This document shows positions 13,090 through 26,627 of a stretch of DNA of 64,000 nt, in pieces. Position numbers and translations under genes: made by a program. Under the pieces are notes generated by a model, which was not told where the DNA came from, did no database searches, and saw nothing but the letters and a program-made list of their open reading frames with translations. Origin of the DNA: Octopus vulgaris (Eukaryota); contig OX597814.1 of assembly GCA_951406725.2 (NCBI GenBank), positions 23,498,001-23,562,000 of the forward strand, given 5' to 3'. Position 1 is the first letter of the stretch. Every line of letters begins with the position of its first letter.

Positions 13090-13292
13090 ATACTTCAATG
13101 TAATCTGTAAACATGAGCAAGGAATTTATATTGGAATTAACTGATTGAGGTAAAGTACAAGAGATAATCATTGCATTGGTGCTTTTATTAGTGAATGTTA
13201 TAGATTAAAAAGTATTTTCTGATATATTTTAAGTGTAGAGTCTCTGCATAACGGTGGATTTATGAGGAGAGCATATATACTATAAGAAGAGT

Positions 13293-13524
13293 GATAAAAA
13301 TAAAATAAATGTGCCCGGTTTCTATGGCGTATGTGTTCCCCAGCTGGACAGGATGCCAGTCCATCGCAGTGTTACTCATTTTTGCCAGCTGAGTGAACTG
13401 GAGCACCATGAAATGAAGTGTTTTGCTCAAGAACACAATGCGTCACCCGGTCCAGGAATCCAAACCACAATCTTACTATCATGGTGCTGACGCACTAACC
13501 ACTAAGCCACGTGCCTCCACATTG
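13293..13524 (-). mobile_element. tRNA-derived CORE-like SINE (family D variant)
   Basis: Minus-strand tRNA-like head, TTGTGTTCTTGAGCAA core; TSD TAAGAAGAGT at 13283-13292 and 13525-13534. Confidence 0.8.
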
Positions 13525-16384
13525 TAAGAAGAGTAAACAACATAAATTATTAGTGATATGGGCTTAGGAAACCTTTGAAAGGAGAAGATGAAGGCATATT
13601 TCAAGAAGCTTTTTCTTATGGGATTTGTGCAGTTTCTAAGTTGCAGAAGCTACTGGTACACAAATTGAGCATTCAGACAGTAAATTGATCGATATGAATA
13701 TGATACCTTGCGAGTATATGTAAAAACAAACAAAAAAAATGTATGTGTAATCAACTTACCTGTGTTCAACCTACATCACTAGATGAAAGTGACATGGCAA
13801 CAGATAAAAATCAACAACAGGTAAAATCCCATTCACAGTGTACAGCAACAATCATTATTTTCTATCACTAATTTTGATCTAAATTCGTGCAGTTATGATT
13901 TTTATACTGGATTAGCTGCATGACATTAAAATCTTTAGCTTCTGACAGGACTTGGAGATTTATAAAGAGAAAACACTATAGGATTTTAAGAATTAAGGAA
14001 TAAAAAGAATGAAGTATGCCTATCAAAATCTAAAAGTTCCCTATAAATCTTAATGAAAGTCTTGAATAAAATGAATATTTATGATGCATTATATTCCTTA
14101 AGTAAAACATAAAATGAAAATGGTTTTATATTCAAATTTGAGCAAATAGTTAATATTTTACATAATTTAATACTTTACTATGGATTTTCTGCATTCCAGC
14201 AAACTAAACTCAATCACAGATCTGAAAGTGTTGGAAAAGATTGAGGAGATTGTTATCTTATTTGACAATACTTGACAATATTTTCCCTTTGCTATTATTT
14301 ATATGATAACAATAACAACAACAATGATGACAACAATGGTGATGATGATAATGATGATGATGATACAAAATTTATTCCAAGATTATTATTTTCTAGCTTG
14401 CTACATTAAAGTGCGTTACTTATCTTGTTCAAGAATTTAACATAGCTCAAATAGTATTGTTTAATTTAAACTGTGTAGTTTGTAGAAAGTCATGTGTTTT
14501 AAAGCAAAACATAAAACTGTTAGAATAACTGGAAATAGAAATAAGCATGCACCATATCACATTTTAATCACATCATGTGTATTCTATCGTTATACTAATT
14601 AACTAAATCATAAGCATATTTTCTATACTCATATACTGAACTGTATTTAATTATTAAATGATATGTTTGTCTGATCACAATGTATTTCTAGAAATTTCTT
14701 TTCTAACATGATTGCAATTATCTGAAATCAAACTGCATATATAACTCTGCAGGCTATAAATAAGAAATTATGGTCTATTTTCGAGTAATATTAACCCTTT
14801 GTTGACCCTCAACTTTGTGTAATATGCAGATTAAAAAGGCCCACACTAAATTGCTTTTCATCTTGATGAATTGTTATGGGATATGAATGACTAGTTTTGT
14901 TCATACTGACAGAAGAAATAGTAATGATTGTGATATTGGCAGAGATAATATTACTGGTGTTGATGGAAAACATCGATTAGGTTTTCTTTAGAACTTCTAT
15001 AATCAATTCCTGCTTGACTACTATTATAAAGCCTCAAATCCCACAAGTGTTTCCAAACGATCCATATCTCGTATTCAATATGCTACTGCCTATTGTATTT
15101 TGACTAATTTTCTTTGCAGTTATTTCATTTCTGCAAAGCCAAGATTATGTTTGTTTAAATTTCTATTGCTACAGAAGAACTGCTTGATAGAGTCAATTTG
15201 ATAGAAATTATAGGATTCTCTACTACTTTCTCTCATATCAATAATATTTATCAGTTTTGCCCAAATGTTAATCAATTATTCGTTAAGAGACTGTGTGAAG
15301 TACCTAACTTGAATTATTGATCTAACTTTTTTTTCTGTTCTTGAACAATTACAGAAACAGAATTCCACTTATGAATAGAAAAAATTATATTTGTGCAATA
15401 TATTACATTTTATAGGCAAGAAAAAGACCAATCATCTGAAAGGTAATACCAAGCATCTTAAACTGCTTCTAATTTCTTCCTCGTCACATAGTTATTATCT
15501 CTTTCACTCTTTTCTACTATTACCATGTTTTCTACTCCTTGTGGCAGCCTTACTCTATGTTACTTTTAAATATAGTCAGTATTTCTCTTTCATATCCAAA
15601 CTGTTTACATTGGTTAAATACTGTTATTAAATATTTTGCCAAGTTCTCGAAGCCTAGTTTAAGTCAAAGCTATTTAGTAAACAATTAAATGATATGCAAC
15701 ATACATTATCAATTTTTAAGAGGTTATTACCATTTCATACAATTATGGATAATATAACAGAATGAAGCTACACTATCACCAAATGTTTTGGTCTGATGCT
15801 AGTATTAGGTAGTGACTGCAATATAAGAAAACTGTAGTATTACTCTCCTTACTATTAATTTCCCCAAGTGGATATTTAAGGCAAGATTTATTATATTTAT
15901 GGCTTATTTACGAATGGAAGAGACAGCCAATGTATTTCTCAAGGGGTATCCAAGGCTGGTGGGAAAAAAATAAACCATGAGTTATGGGTAACTGCAGTAT
16001 GAAGCAGTGTATCAGGATACAAAAATAATCCTCAGATCAGAAACTTGATCTCAACACTTGTTTAAAAGTAGAGTCTACTAAGAGCATGCAAATGACTAGT
16101 TGTGTTAAATGAAATGATTGATAACATTCACCACCCAGGAACAAGTACAGTCTATACAACATGCTTCTGTACAATTTTCATATCCAACCTGTTCAGCCGA
16201 AAAGAATTCCATGAAAAACCCATCCCACAACCAGTTAATGAGAATCAACAATGAAAGAAACATATAAGAACCAGAAAAGAACATAGAAATTACTTTAATA
16301 AAGTAGATCAGGAAAACACCTCCCCAAGCTATGTATAAAATATATCTCTGGAAATAATAATCAAATATAAAATACTAAAACTTC

Positions 16385-16775
16385 TACATGGCTGTGTGAT
16401 AAGAAGCTTACTTCCAAACCATATAGTTCTGGGTTCAATTCCACTGTGTGGCACCTTAGGCAAATTTTTTTCTGTTGTGGCCTTGTGCTGACCAATGCCT
16501 TGTAAGTGAATGTGGTAGATGGAAAATGAAAGAAGCCTATTTGTGTGTGTGTGTGTGTGTGTGTGTGTGAGTTCGTGTATGTTTGTGTTTGTCCCCCACC
16601 AAAACTTGCTAACTGGTGTTGGTTTGTTTAGATTCCTATTACTCAGTGGTCTGGAGACCAATAAAATAAGTACCAGGCTTAAAATCAATAGCTACTAGGG
16701 TCAATTTATTTTACTAAACCCTTCAAAGTGGTGCCCCAGCATAGATGCAGTCTAAGTACTGAAACAAATAACAGG
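16385..16775 (+). mobile_element. Diverged family A SINE
   Basis: Colinear similarity to 12622-13089. Confidence 0.8.
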
Positions 16776-16799
16776 TGTAAGATATGTTAAATGCTCTAG

Positions 16800-18300
16800 T
16801 TTACTGAGTAGCCATGAGAATCTAGAAGGAAATCACATTTGATTCTTTATGGTCTTCTTCAGACAAGCTTATAAAATATATTGGGAAAAAAATATTTTTC
16901 CATGAGATTGATAAAGAAAAATGGAGGAAAGAGGCATACCAAGGGAAATGGAGGGTCAAATATAAAGAAGGTGTAAATCTATCCAAATAGTAAGAAATTA
17001 TAAAATGAAAAATGTAAAACAGTTTGGAAGTTGGTAAAAAAGAGGGAAGAACTAAACTTAGTCAAAGAAATATGAATGAAGTGTTGAATATAGCATAAAG
17101 GCGAAAACAAAGCAAATATTATTTCAAAATAAAAAGTAATGTAAAAGTAAAAGAGAGACTAAAACCACTTAGAAAATTTATGATGGATAAGAAAGTTTAA
17201 AAGACAAAAGTGTTTCTTTTGTAAGAATATGTTATTTTAAACAAGTACTAAAAAATTCTACTTAGACATCAATAAAATAAATGCATAACTTAGATGATAT
17301 TTTTGATCAATAGAAATCTGAATTTTGGAAGAAAATATGGAACAGATTTAGAAGAGATGGAATATAAAAACACAGCACCATCAGAAATATGGCCCAGTAG
17401 AACTAGCAATGAATTCAATGATACAATATAGTACTGCTAATTGAAAGCTTCTGAAATTGATAAATCACCCCACCTACATGTGGCTGAGATGTATAATCAG
17501 TGTGTATGAAGTTATAGCAATGCCATTAAATAAATTAATAAAGAGAACAGAATTGCAACTGACTAGAAAGAAAAACACTATTGATTCCCTTGAATAGTAA
17601 CACCAGAGAGTCTCCAAATGTCAGACCAATAACCTGTTTACAACATTACCGAAGTCCTTGACATCATCTGCATTGTCTAACAGAATGTCTGGTCATTCAG
17701 AAACTAATGGTGTTTTGGTTACAGACATGATTCTACCCAAGAAATTCAGTTTACAATCATGAATTGCTAAATTCAGTCACAGCCTCTTACATCTTGGGCA
17801 AGTATCTTTACTGTACCTTTGGCTGATCCCAAGCATTGTAAATTAAAATTCACTTCACTTCAAACTGTGTGGAAGTGTGTTGGTTAGACAGTACCTGTAC
17901 TTTAAAAGGTCCTGCCTTGTAATATATTATGTTACCTGGTTCAACCTGAGAATAATATTAAGGAGAGAAATGTCTTTGTCATGCCCAACCACTTGAACAT
18001 TTGAATTCCCATAGCCAGATCGATAACATCTTACCAGATAAACAAAAGGATGTCAAAAAGTGTTATGTGTTTATGATAATTACAGAAGAACCAAGCAATG
18101 ACTACTGACAATAAAAGAAACACCTAAAATGACATAGATTGATTACTGAAATAAATATTAATGGCACTGAAATAATATTGACAGCATGAGCATTAATGTC
18201 ACTACATATTATAGAGATAAAGCAACTAAAATACTTGACAGAATATCCACTGTTCATGCATAACAATAAAAGTGTTAATATGAGAAAATGAAATGATTAA
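16800..18300 (+). mobile_element. Highly decayed R4/Dong-like LINE RT region, interrupted by SINE fragments
   Basis: Residual motifs EFWKKIW, NWKASEID and RPITCL in order; boundaries approximate. Confidence 0.5.
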
Positions 18301-18814
18301 AATCTTATCAAAGCTTCATTAAGAGATGGAGATTTTAGACATTTATTGTCTACGTTTTTCTGTCTATATCTGCTTCTCAATGGAACCATCTAAGGGTACA
18401 AATTCTAATGAAAATTAAGAATCACTTCTTTAAAATGGATAAATTTAAATTGTTTATGAGAGACTGCTCCTCTGGGGGAGGTCCTCCTAAAAACTGATAA
18501 AGTTGTTATAAAGGCAAAGTTATCATTTCTTTATCTTTCTTTCCTCATCATATAAGAAATTATAAATCTGTATTCTTTTATTCTTTTCCTGGTTTCAGGC
18601 ATTGACTGTAACCCTGTGAAAGCACCATATTTGAGAGGTTTCTAATCATACATGTCAATGCAAATTCTTATTTCATTTTAGTGCTTATTTGTATTAATCT
18701 ATATTTATTGAACAGTGAACTAATTTTTTTAACACAGCCCTAGTAAATATATGCACAGACATAGATGCATACACATGTTCATAAATACAATAACATATGA
18801 TGAGGCTAGTGATT

Positions 18815-19540
<726 letters not shown>

Positions 19541-19912
19541 TATATATATATATATATATTGTTTGATCATTACTCGTGCAGGAGTATGATCTGGCAGGTT
19601 CTACTATATTTACACTAATTGCTTAAGTTGCCTATGTAGTTGTGAACAGACACAGATTTCTTAGCCTATACACCCTTAATCCCATGGAACACCAAGGATG
19701 TGACTACTGGAGGAAGAGAAAACTACACCAGCAATTGGTTGGTATTCATTACAGTAAGTAAACAGGAGTGATGTGGACACAGTGTGCTGCAAGGTTCAAA
19801 ACTCAAACCATGACTTTGTGATTGTGAATCCATGGAGGTACGTGTGTGTATGTATACATATACATATATATATTTACACATATATTCATATATATATATA
19901 TACATACATATA

Positions 19913-20043
19913 TCCAGCTGTAGAAACATTGCCAGATAAGACCGGAGCCTGGTGCAGCCTTCTGGCTTCCCAGATCCCCGGTCGAACCGTCCAACCCATG
20001 CTAGCATGGAGAACGGACGTTAAACGATGATGATGATGATGAT
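19913..20043 (+). mobile_element. Short 5'-truncated RTE tail
   Basis: TCCAGCTGTAGAAAC...CCCATGCTAGCATGGAGAACGGACGTTAAAC(GAT)n. Confidence 0.85.
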
Positions 20044-20109
20044 ACATGGGTACAGAGGACATGGACAACAGCCTTCCTAATATTTTCATCAGTTAAGTGA
20101 TGCACAGAA

Positions 20110-20144
<35 letters not shown>

Positions 20145-20414
20145 TATACATATATATACATTTATGCGTGTTTGTCTGTTTACATCCCTGTAACATAACG
20201 GTTCAGCAAAAGTGATACTAGAAGTCCTTGGGTCGATTTGTTTGGCTAAAACCTTTCAAAGTGGTGGTTCAGCATGGTCACCGTCAAATGACTGAAACAA
20301 GCAAAGGAACAAAAAAAATATAAATATATTCATATATGTGTATATATTTCTCTCTCTCTCTCTCTGTATATATATTCATACATACATACATATATATATA
20401 TACATATATATATT

Positions 20415-20445
<31 letters not shown>

Positions 20446-20447
20446 CT

Positions 20448-20854
20448 GGCAGCGGTCGTGGTAACATCAACATTTTTTTTCTCTGCTTCAAGGTACATTC
20501 CTAACACGCCAGCTGAGTTTAATTCGTCTAAGTCGAAAGACACCTGTTTGTGATGTCCTGTTATTGTTATTATTATTACGGATTATTATAATTATTTTAC
20601 GTATTATTTTTGTATTCCTATTTGTGTAACACCGTCCGTTTTTCCGTCCTTGTTTTGTATACATTTGAAGCTTTTTTCCAAGGAATTTAATGCGCTTAGC
20701 TGGCCAGATTGGAGCAATCTCAAGATTAATCAGCCGAAATTGCGAGGATGATCCGGTTCTTGACTGAAGATTGAAGGCTTCGAATCTCCCATCTGTGTTT
20801 TTTGTATCGCCTTTTAAATGTTTTGCGTTCTTGTCCCAGTTTGTATTTTTTTAT
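20448..20854. mobile_element. Unclassified ~407-bp insert flanked by ~133-bp direct repeats
   Basis: Direct repeats 20314-20447 and 20855-20986; the insert is richer in CpG than its flanks. Confidence 0.6.
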
Positions 20855-21016
20855 AAAAATATAAATATATTCATATATGTGTATATATTTCTCTCTCTCT
20901 CTCTCTGTATATATATTCATACATACATACATATATATATATACATATATATATATTCATACATACATACACATACACACACACCTCTCTCTTATATATA
21001 TATATATATATATATA

Positions 21017-21531
21017 TAATAAATCTCTGAGCAAGATATAAACAGTAGCCACACGACATCATGAAGTGTATTTGCCACCTAAATGTGGCTAACAGTTAAG
21101 GGTCGATGCTACTGTAGCTCCTCTAGCTGGTTATTGACATACTATCTGTGCCCCATCAGTATTTGCAAAGGGAAGTCATCATTCCCTCATCCCCATCTCC
21201 AGCCTGACATGATACATATGGACCTGACTTTTCGGGTATTGACCCGTCATCAGTGTGTGGCAACCACTGGTTGGCAATGGAAGTGATTCTCAATACAAAT
21301 ATATATACTTTTTCCAGTGACGAAAAGTCACTGATCTCGTAAAAGTGGAAACAAGCAATAATAAATCTCTGAGTGAGATATAAACTGTAGCTGCACTACA
21401 TCGTGAAGTATATTTGTCACCTAAATGTGGCTAACCCTTAATGGTCGATGCTTGTAGTCTCAGGAAGATATATCTTCTAGCTGGCTATTGACACACTATC
21501 TGTGCCCTATCAGTGTTTGCAAAGGGAAGTC
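21017..21531 (-). repeat. 1.5-mer tandem repeat (342-bp period) in (TA)n with a hammerhead-like core; Penelope pLTR/retrozyme-like
   Basis: 21017-21177 recurs at 21359-21531; minus strand CTGATGA-C-GGGT-CAAT-ACCC-GAAA-AGTC at 21253-21226. Confidence 0.6.
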
Positions 21532-21615
21532 TATATATATATATAGTCAGCGCATCATATATCTGAAAAATAAGCACACTCTAAAAGTTAGAACAGTAAT
21601 GTATTTACAGGAAGT

Positions 21616-21858
21616 AATGTATTTAAAGGTGGCGAGCTGGCAGAAATGTTAGCACACTGGGCGAAATGCGTAGCTGTATTTCGTCTGTCGTCACGTTCCG
21701 AGTTCAAATTCCGCCGATGTCGACTTTGCCTTTCATCCTTTCGGGGTCGATAAATTAAGTACCAGTTACACACTGGGGTCGATATAATCGACTTAATCCG
21801 TTTGTCTGTCCTTGTTTGTCCCGTCTGTGTTTAGCCCCTTGTGGGTAGTAAAGAAATA
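21616..21858 (+). mobile_element. Family B SINE
   Basis: Same body as 11165; 14-bp TSD TATTTACAGGAAGT (21602-21615 / 21859-21872). Confidence 0.9.
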
Positions 21859-21887
21859 TATTTACAGGAAGTTAAATATATATCTCA

Positions 21888-21958
21888 CCATAGAGTGACC
21901 AATGGTTTTGCATCTATAAAGTGCTTAACATTAGAGATGACTCATCAGATTCTAATGG
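21888..21958 (-). ncRNA. Degenerate type I hammerhead ribozyme (Penelope-associated)
   Basis: Minus strand: CCATTAGAAT-CTGATGA-GTCATCTCTAA...TTATAGATGC-AAAA-CCATTGG-TC-ACTCTATGG; stems I, II and III can all pair; GAAA reads AAAA. Confidence 0.6.
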
Positions 21959-22059
21959 CCGTAGGCATATAACCTCTCCTCAAACTGGAGATAGAAAACC
22001 GTTACGGCCACTTAATATGTAAACAACAGAATAATATACAACGTGTAAGTCTTAAAATG

Positions 22060-22640
22060 GGACGAGTTATCTCTCTTAGAATGATGATCTCAAATCTATT
22101 GTGAGGAATATAAGATTTCACTGTTCACCCCTAAAGAATGAACATCTGAGGTATCCTCACAATATCACCAAGGAAATTCGTATACTGTTTCAATCAGATA
22201 AAACGGGTAACCTGTACAAACTTACGAAGGACTATTATCTAGAACTGCTTAAAAAAGAAATTAAAAAAAAGACTATTGGATTACCGGTAAAGGTACATTC
22301 AAGAAAGCTAACCTTGAGGCTAAGAAAATTATGGAGAAGTATAACTTACAGATGAAGACTGAACCGTTTAATCCTAAGCAACTTCGTTTTACTTTAAAAG
22401 ATCATAAACAAATTTTTTTAATAACCCATCATTACGAATTATTTGTCCTTCTAACTCTAAGTACACCTTCAGCAATGTACTTAGTAAAAATATTCTAGAT
22501 AAATATATTGCTACCTTAGTTAAAAATAGTTAAGTTTCTGCCAATGTTTACATCAATAAGTATGCTCATAGGTATGTTTCTGCCAATGTTTATATCGATA
22601 AGCATGCTATATAAACGTGTTTACAAGGGGATTCTTAGAA
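22060..22640 (+). mobile_element. Penelope-like element RT N-terminal fragment (TLKDHK type), frameshifted
   Basis: SDKTGNLYKLTKDYYLELLKKEI, ANLEAKKIMEKYNL, FTLKDHKQ..NNPSLRIICPS, LSKNILDK. Confidence 0.7.
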
Positions 22641-22642
22641 AA

Positions 22643-23036
22643 TCTTTATATATAAAAGTCAAGTTGTGTGTCTGTCTCCTACGATTTAGATTCCTAACTA
22701 CTCCCACATTTTGCGGTGCAGTTTAACCAAAACCGGGTATCTTATAGTCATGATTCATATCGAGCCCTTCTGGGTATTAGCGCGCGTCTACGATGAGTCT
22801 ACGATTTAAAAAAAAATTACCATCATTTTTTTTCATTTTAATGCATTTTTTCGCTATTATATAAGGGAAGTAACTCTCTAAAATTGTCTACGATGAGTCA
22901 ACGATAAAAAAAAATTACCATAATTTTTTTTCATTTTTAATGCATTTTTTTTGCTATTTTTTGGGTATAACTCTCTAAAAATGCTTATATAGTTATTTCC
23001 CTTACAAAACCGAGCAATGCCGGGCGATACTGCTAG
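22643..23036 (+). mobile_element. Non-autonomous Helitron
   Basis: 5' TC terminus, 3' GC-rich hairpin (CCGAGCAATGCCGGG) then CTAG, inserted at A|T with no TSD. Confidence 0.9.
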
Positions 23037-23122
23037 TAAAATATAAAGTAGTTCACTATTACAGAATTGGCAGAATTCTTTGCCTTTCTCGTATGGGAAT
23101 GAAATGGAGAGAAACAACAAAC

Positions 23123-24080
23123 CTAATAAGGGGTTAGGTCTCTGAGGAACTGTAGGGTGTTGACGGCTTTGTCAGTTGCTTTGCTGCAATTGTTGTTTAT
23201 ATGTGGAATCTCATTTCTCACGTATGCAGCTTTGGCTCTGGTGGATAAGGTTGATTGGTAGTGGACGAAAATTTTTCTGCTAGCAGCTTTTCTGTAGAAG
23301 TTAGTGAATATGGAGCCTTCTTCTGTGATTTTGAGTTCAATGTCAAGTAGAGAGAGGGTTCTGGATTCGTCTGGATGTTCAATCTTGAATTTGATGTTTA
23401 TGTCGATGTTATTGAGGTCCAGTGGTTAGGGCAGCGGACTCGCGGTTTCGATTCCCAGACCGGGCGTTGTGAGTGTTTATTGAGCGAAAACACCTAAAAG
23501 CTCCACGAGCTCCGGCAGGGATGGTGGTGATCCCTGCTGTACTCTTTCACTACAACTTTCTCTCACTCTTACTTCCTGTTTCTGTTGTACCTGTATTTCA
23601 AAGGGCCAGCCTTGTCACTCTCTGTGTCACGCTGAATATCCCCGAGAACTACGTTAAGAGTACACGTGTCTGTGGAGTGCTCAGCCACTTACACGTTAAT
23701 TTCACGAGCAGGCTGTTCCGTTGATCGGATCAACCGGAACCCTCGTCGTCGTAACTGACGGAGTGCTTCCATCCATCCATTGAGGTCCAGTCTATATTAA
23801 TGGCCCCATCTCTGGAGGACGTGATAATAAAGATGTCATCAACATACCTGGAGAAGAAGATGCATGAGCGGCAGGTGTTGAGTGCTGTGCGTTCTAGCTT
23901 ATCCATGTACATGATGGCCAGCAGGCCTGAAAAGCTAGATCCCATAGGCAAGCCGGAAGTCTGTTTGCAAATCACACCATTATATTGGAAATAGGTGTTA
24001 CTAACTACAAAGGTTAGTAACTCTCGTATGTCCGAGGGTGTGAGGCTGAAGAGCTGGAGGTTGATGGATGGGGAGGTGGG
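23123..24080 (-). mobile_element. Penelope-like reverse transcriptase fragment split by a SINE
   Basis: FQYNGVICKQTSGLPMGSSFSGLLAIMYM...RYVDDIF (ORF 23730-24110) continues beyond the SINE as LNNIDINIKFKIEHPDE..LSLLDIELKI...FYRK...FVHYQS. Confidence 0.85.
23424..23778 (+). mobile_element. tRNA-derived SINE (family C) with (CCAT)n tail
   Basis: GGTTTCGATTCCC B-box; 13-bp TSD ATTGAGGTCCAGT (23411-23423 / 23779-23791); second copy at 51160-51362. Confidence 0.9.
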
Positions 24081-26627
24081 AAAAGTCATACACATGCACA
24101 TTGGTAACATTCATCAGCTTCTTGAAAATGGGATCATAACCCCGAAATATTGAATGCAAGGTTTTCTTGGGATTTGCCTAGCATTTACTTCGTATTGTTC
24201 TTGCCTTACCCATGATCCTTTATACAATATCTATACATATAAATTTGACATGGGCGTTTCTTTCCTGTCTTGGGATTCACGGTCAAATGGCTGTGTGGAA
24301 TTGCGCGAAAAATTACACAGATGTATAGAATGATCCGGTGGTGTTGCTGGGCTTTGTATTTTTTCATGGCTCCCATAATTACCGAGATAATCTACTATAA
24401 TAACACTCTTGTGTTTATGAATGAGAAAGGAAGGGGTGATGTCATACTTGGTAGTGGGATGATGAAAATTGTACGCTGAAAAAATAAATCAAACAGCGTT
24501 TCAACTCTATGTGAATATGTGTGTGTGTGTGTGTGTAAAAGGGGCGTATGTGAATGTGTTTGTGTGTGTATGTGCATGTACACGTACAATCGAAGTGGGA
24601 TGGTTCATCTTTGTTTGCTTAGTATTTGGGTTTATTTTTTTAATTTGGTTGAATCTTATTTGCTTTTTTTTTGTTGGTCAGTTATTTTTAGCGTTTTGAC
24701 AGAAAAAAGTAATTCTAAAATTGTTTTTTAATGTAAGTGTGCCCAAACAAGTCGAATGCTTACACAGAGCAATTTTTACTGCCATATCATCCAGACGGAC
24801 TGGGTGAAACCGGACTTAGCTGCTAAATATATATATATATACACACACACACACATTCACACATATACACACATATGTAGAGGGAGAAAGAGAAAGAGGG
24901 AAAAGAGAGAGAAGGAAAGAAAAAGAAATAAGGAAAAGAGTGAGAAACAGAGTATGGAATTCTGTGCAGTTCTACTTACCAAATTCCACCCTCAAAATAC
25001 TAATCAACATGCTGCTGGAGTGAAAAAGCAAGCAAAAATAAAACCAAGTGCTTCAGTGTGATCTTATCAGGATACAGGAATCAAACTCAGAAGCACATGG
25101 TTGCAGATTGAATTTCTTAAACTCATAACTTTGCTTACACCAATAGTGAAGCCATTAGCACAGTTGCTTTGCTAAGCAGATGTTTATAACAAAATTAATA
25201 AAGTCTCTATTACCTTCGTTATTAAATTTAGTTGGTCTTCAATTTTGCAAGAAACAGTAAAAAAAGTAACTTCAATTTTTATATTAATTTGTTAAAACTT
25301 ATCGTGTTCTTGAATATACACTTCTGACATAAGATATGTTTCAAGTATTTTATCTCACTGTTATCTTCATTTCCTTCCCCCACTTCTCAACTCCCTTAAT
25401 ATTTAAGGACCTTATTGGTATTTGCTTGTTGCAAATATATCTTGCCTTGATCCAATGAAGTACATGTAATGAAAGGAAAAGCAACTTTGAAAATCATGCC
25501 TGAAATATTCTCATAACAATTATTGAAAAGATTTTCTACTTTGAAAAATTTTCATAAGAATCATATCAAAATTACTTGTAATTTGTTGATGTAAGATAAA
25601 AGTAAAGTATTTTCAAACAGAAAATACCCATTTACATTTTCCTATGTAAAATTAAATTTTATTTCTAAAACGAATAAAGTAAAATAATTTAAAATCCCCA
25701 CCACCACAAAAAAAAACAACAAAATTAATACTTTTAATAAATGTAAGGTACTCTTTCTTTTTCACTCTTGAGATAATTAAATATGAAAATTGTAAGTTCT
25801 TCACTAAATTTCTCTTTTCAACAATAACAAAGTAGTAATAAAATGATAAGACTCGTATAAAGGAAAAATGATTTTTAAATACTTTTCTGTAATATTTTAG
25901 ATGGTTACATAATCATCAATTTTCAAACTTTTACTTTTACATGAGTTGTAATATGATAATATCTACAAATAATTAGAACTTTTAATTTCAGATTTTCTAT
26001 TTTTGTCAAGATCAATTCTTAGATTAAAATTTCAGTTAGAAAAATAAACAAAATTAGAACTTGATGCTTCATGAGTGATGCCATAAGATTGATCCATGAT
26101 TTGATTCTCCTGTTGTAAGTAAAATAATTACTTATATTGGTACAAAGTTAGGAATTTGGCAAGAGGGTTAGCCAATTAGATTGATCCAGTTTATGACAAG
26201 TATTATATTTTATTGATCCAAGAAAAATGAAAGGCAATATTAACCTTGACAGAATTTTAATTCAGGATGTAATGAGCCAGAAATATAATGTAAAACGTTT
26301 TGTCTGATGCTTTACAGTAATTTTCTGAAGTAATTATTTAACATTATTAAAAGAAATAGGCTCTTTTTCCTGCCCTACCAAAGGAAAGCAAAAACAGTTC
26401 AAAATTTCATTTGACAATTGTTTCATTAATTTATTACATGGAAAAATGCGAGCATCAAAAGTAATATTCTTAAGATTATAAACCTGGAAAAGTACTGGAC
26501 AAATTGTTACACCTGTAAAAGTATAGGACAAGCTATTACTTCTAGTAAAGTAAAAAATAAGAAACTTTTACTTAAAATATTGCAGCAAAGTATGCCAGTT
26601 CTAATTTATCACTCTTTACAGTTTTCA

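Noticed and set aside
13560-13820. Coding-looking stretch ending in CAG|GTAAAA, with a minus-strand CAG|GTAAGT at 13759
   Set aside because: In-frame stops and no consistent acceptor-donor pair; probably decayed repeat or chance
20765-20790. CTGAAGA...GAAT hammerhead-like words in the 407-bp insert
   Set aside because: No GAAA, stem III or NUH site in register
26334-26531. 65-aa minus-strand ORF with plausible splice acceptors (VYNLKNITFDARIFPC...)
   Set aside because: No recognisable domain, weak donor, and the opposite strand is similarly open; cannot be supported without expression data
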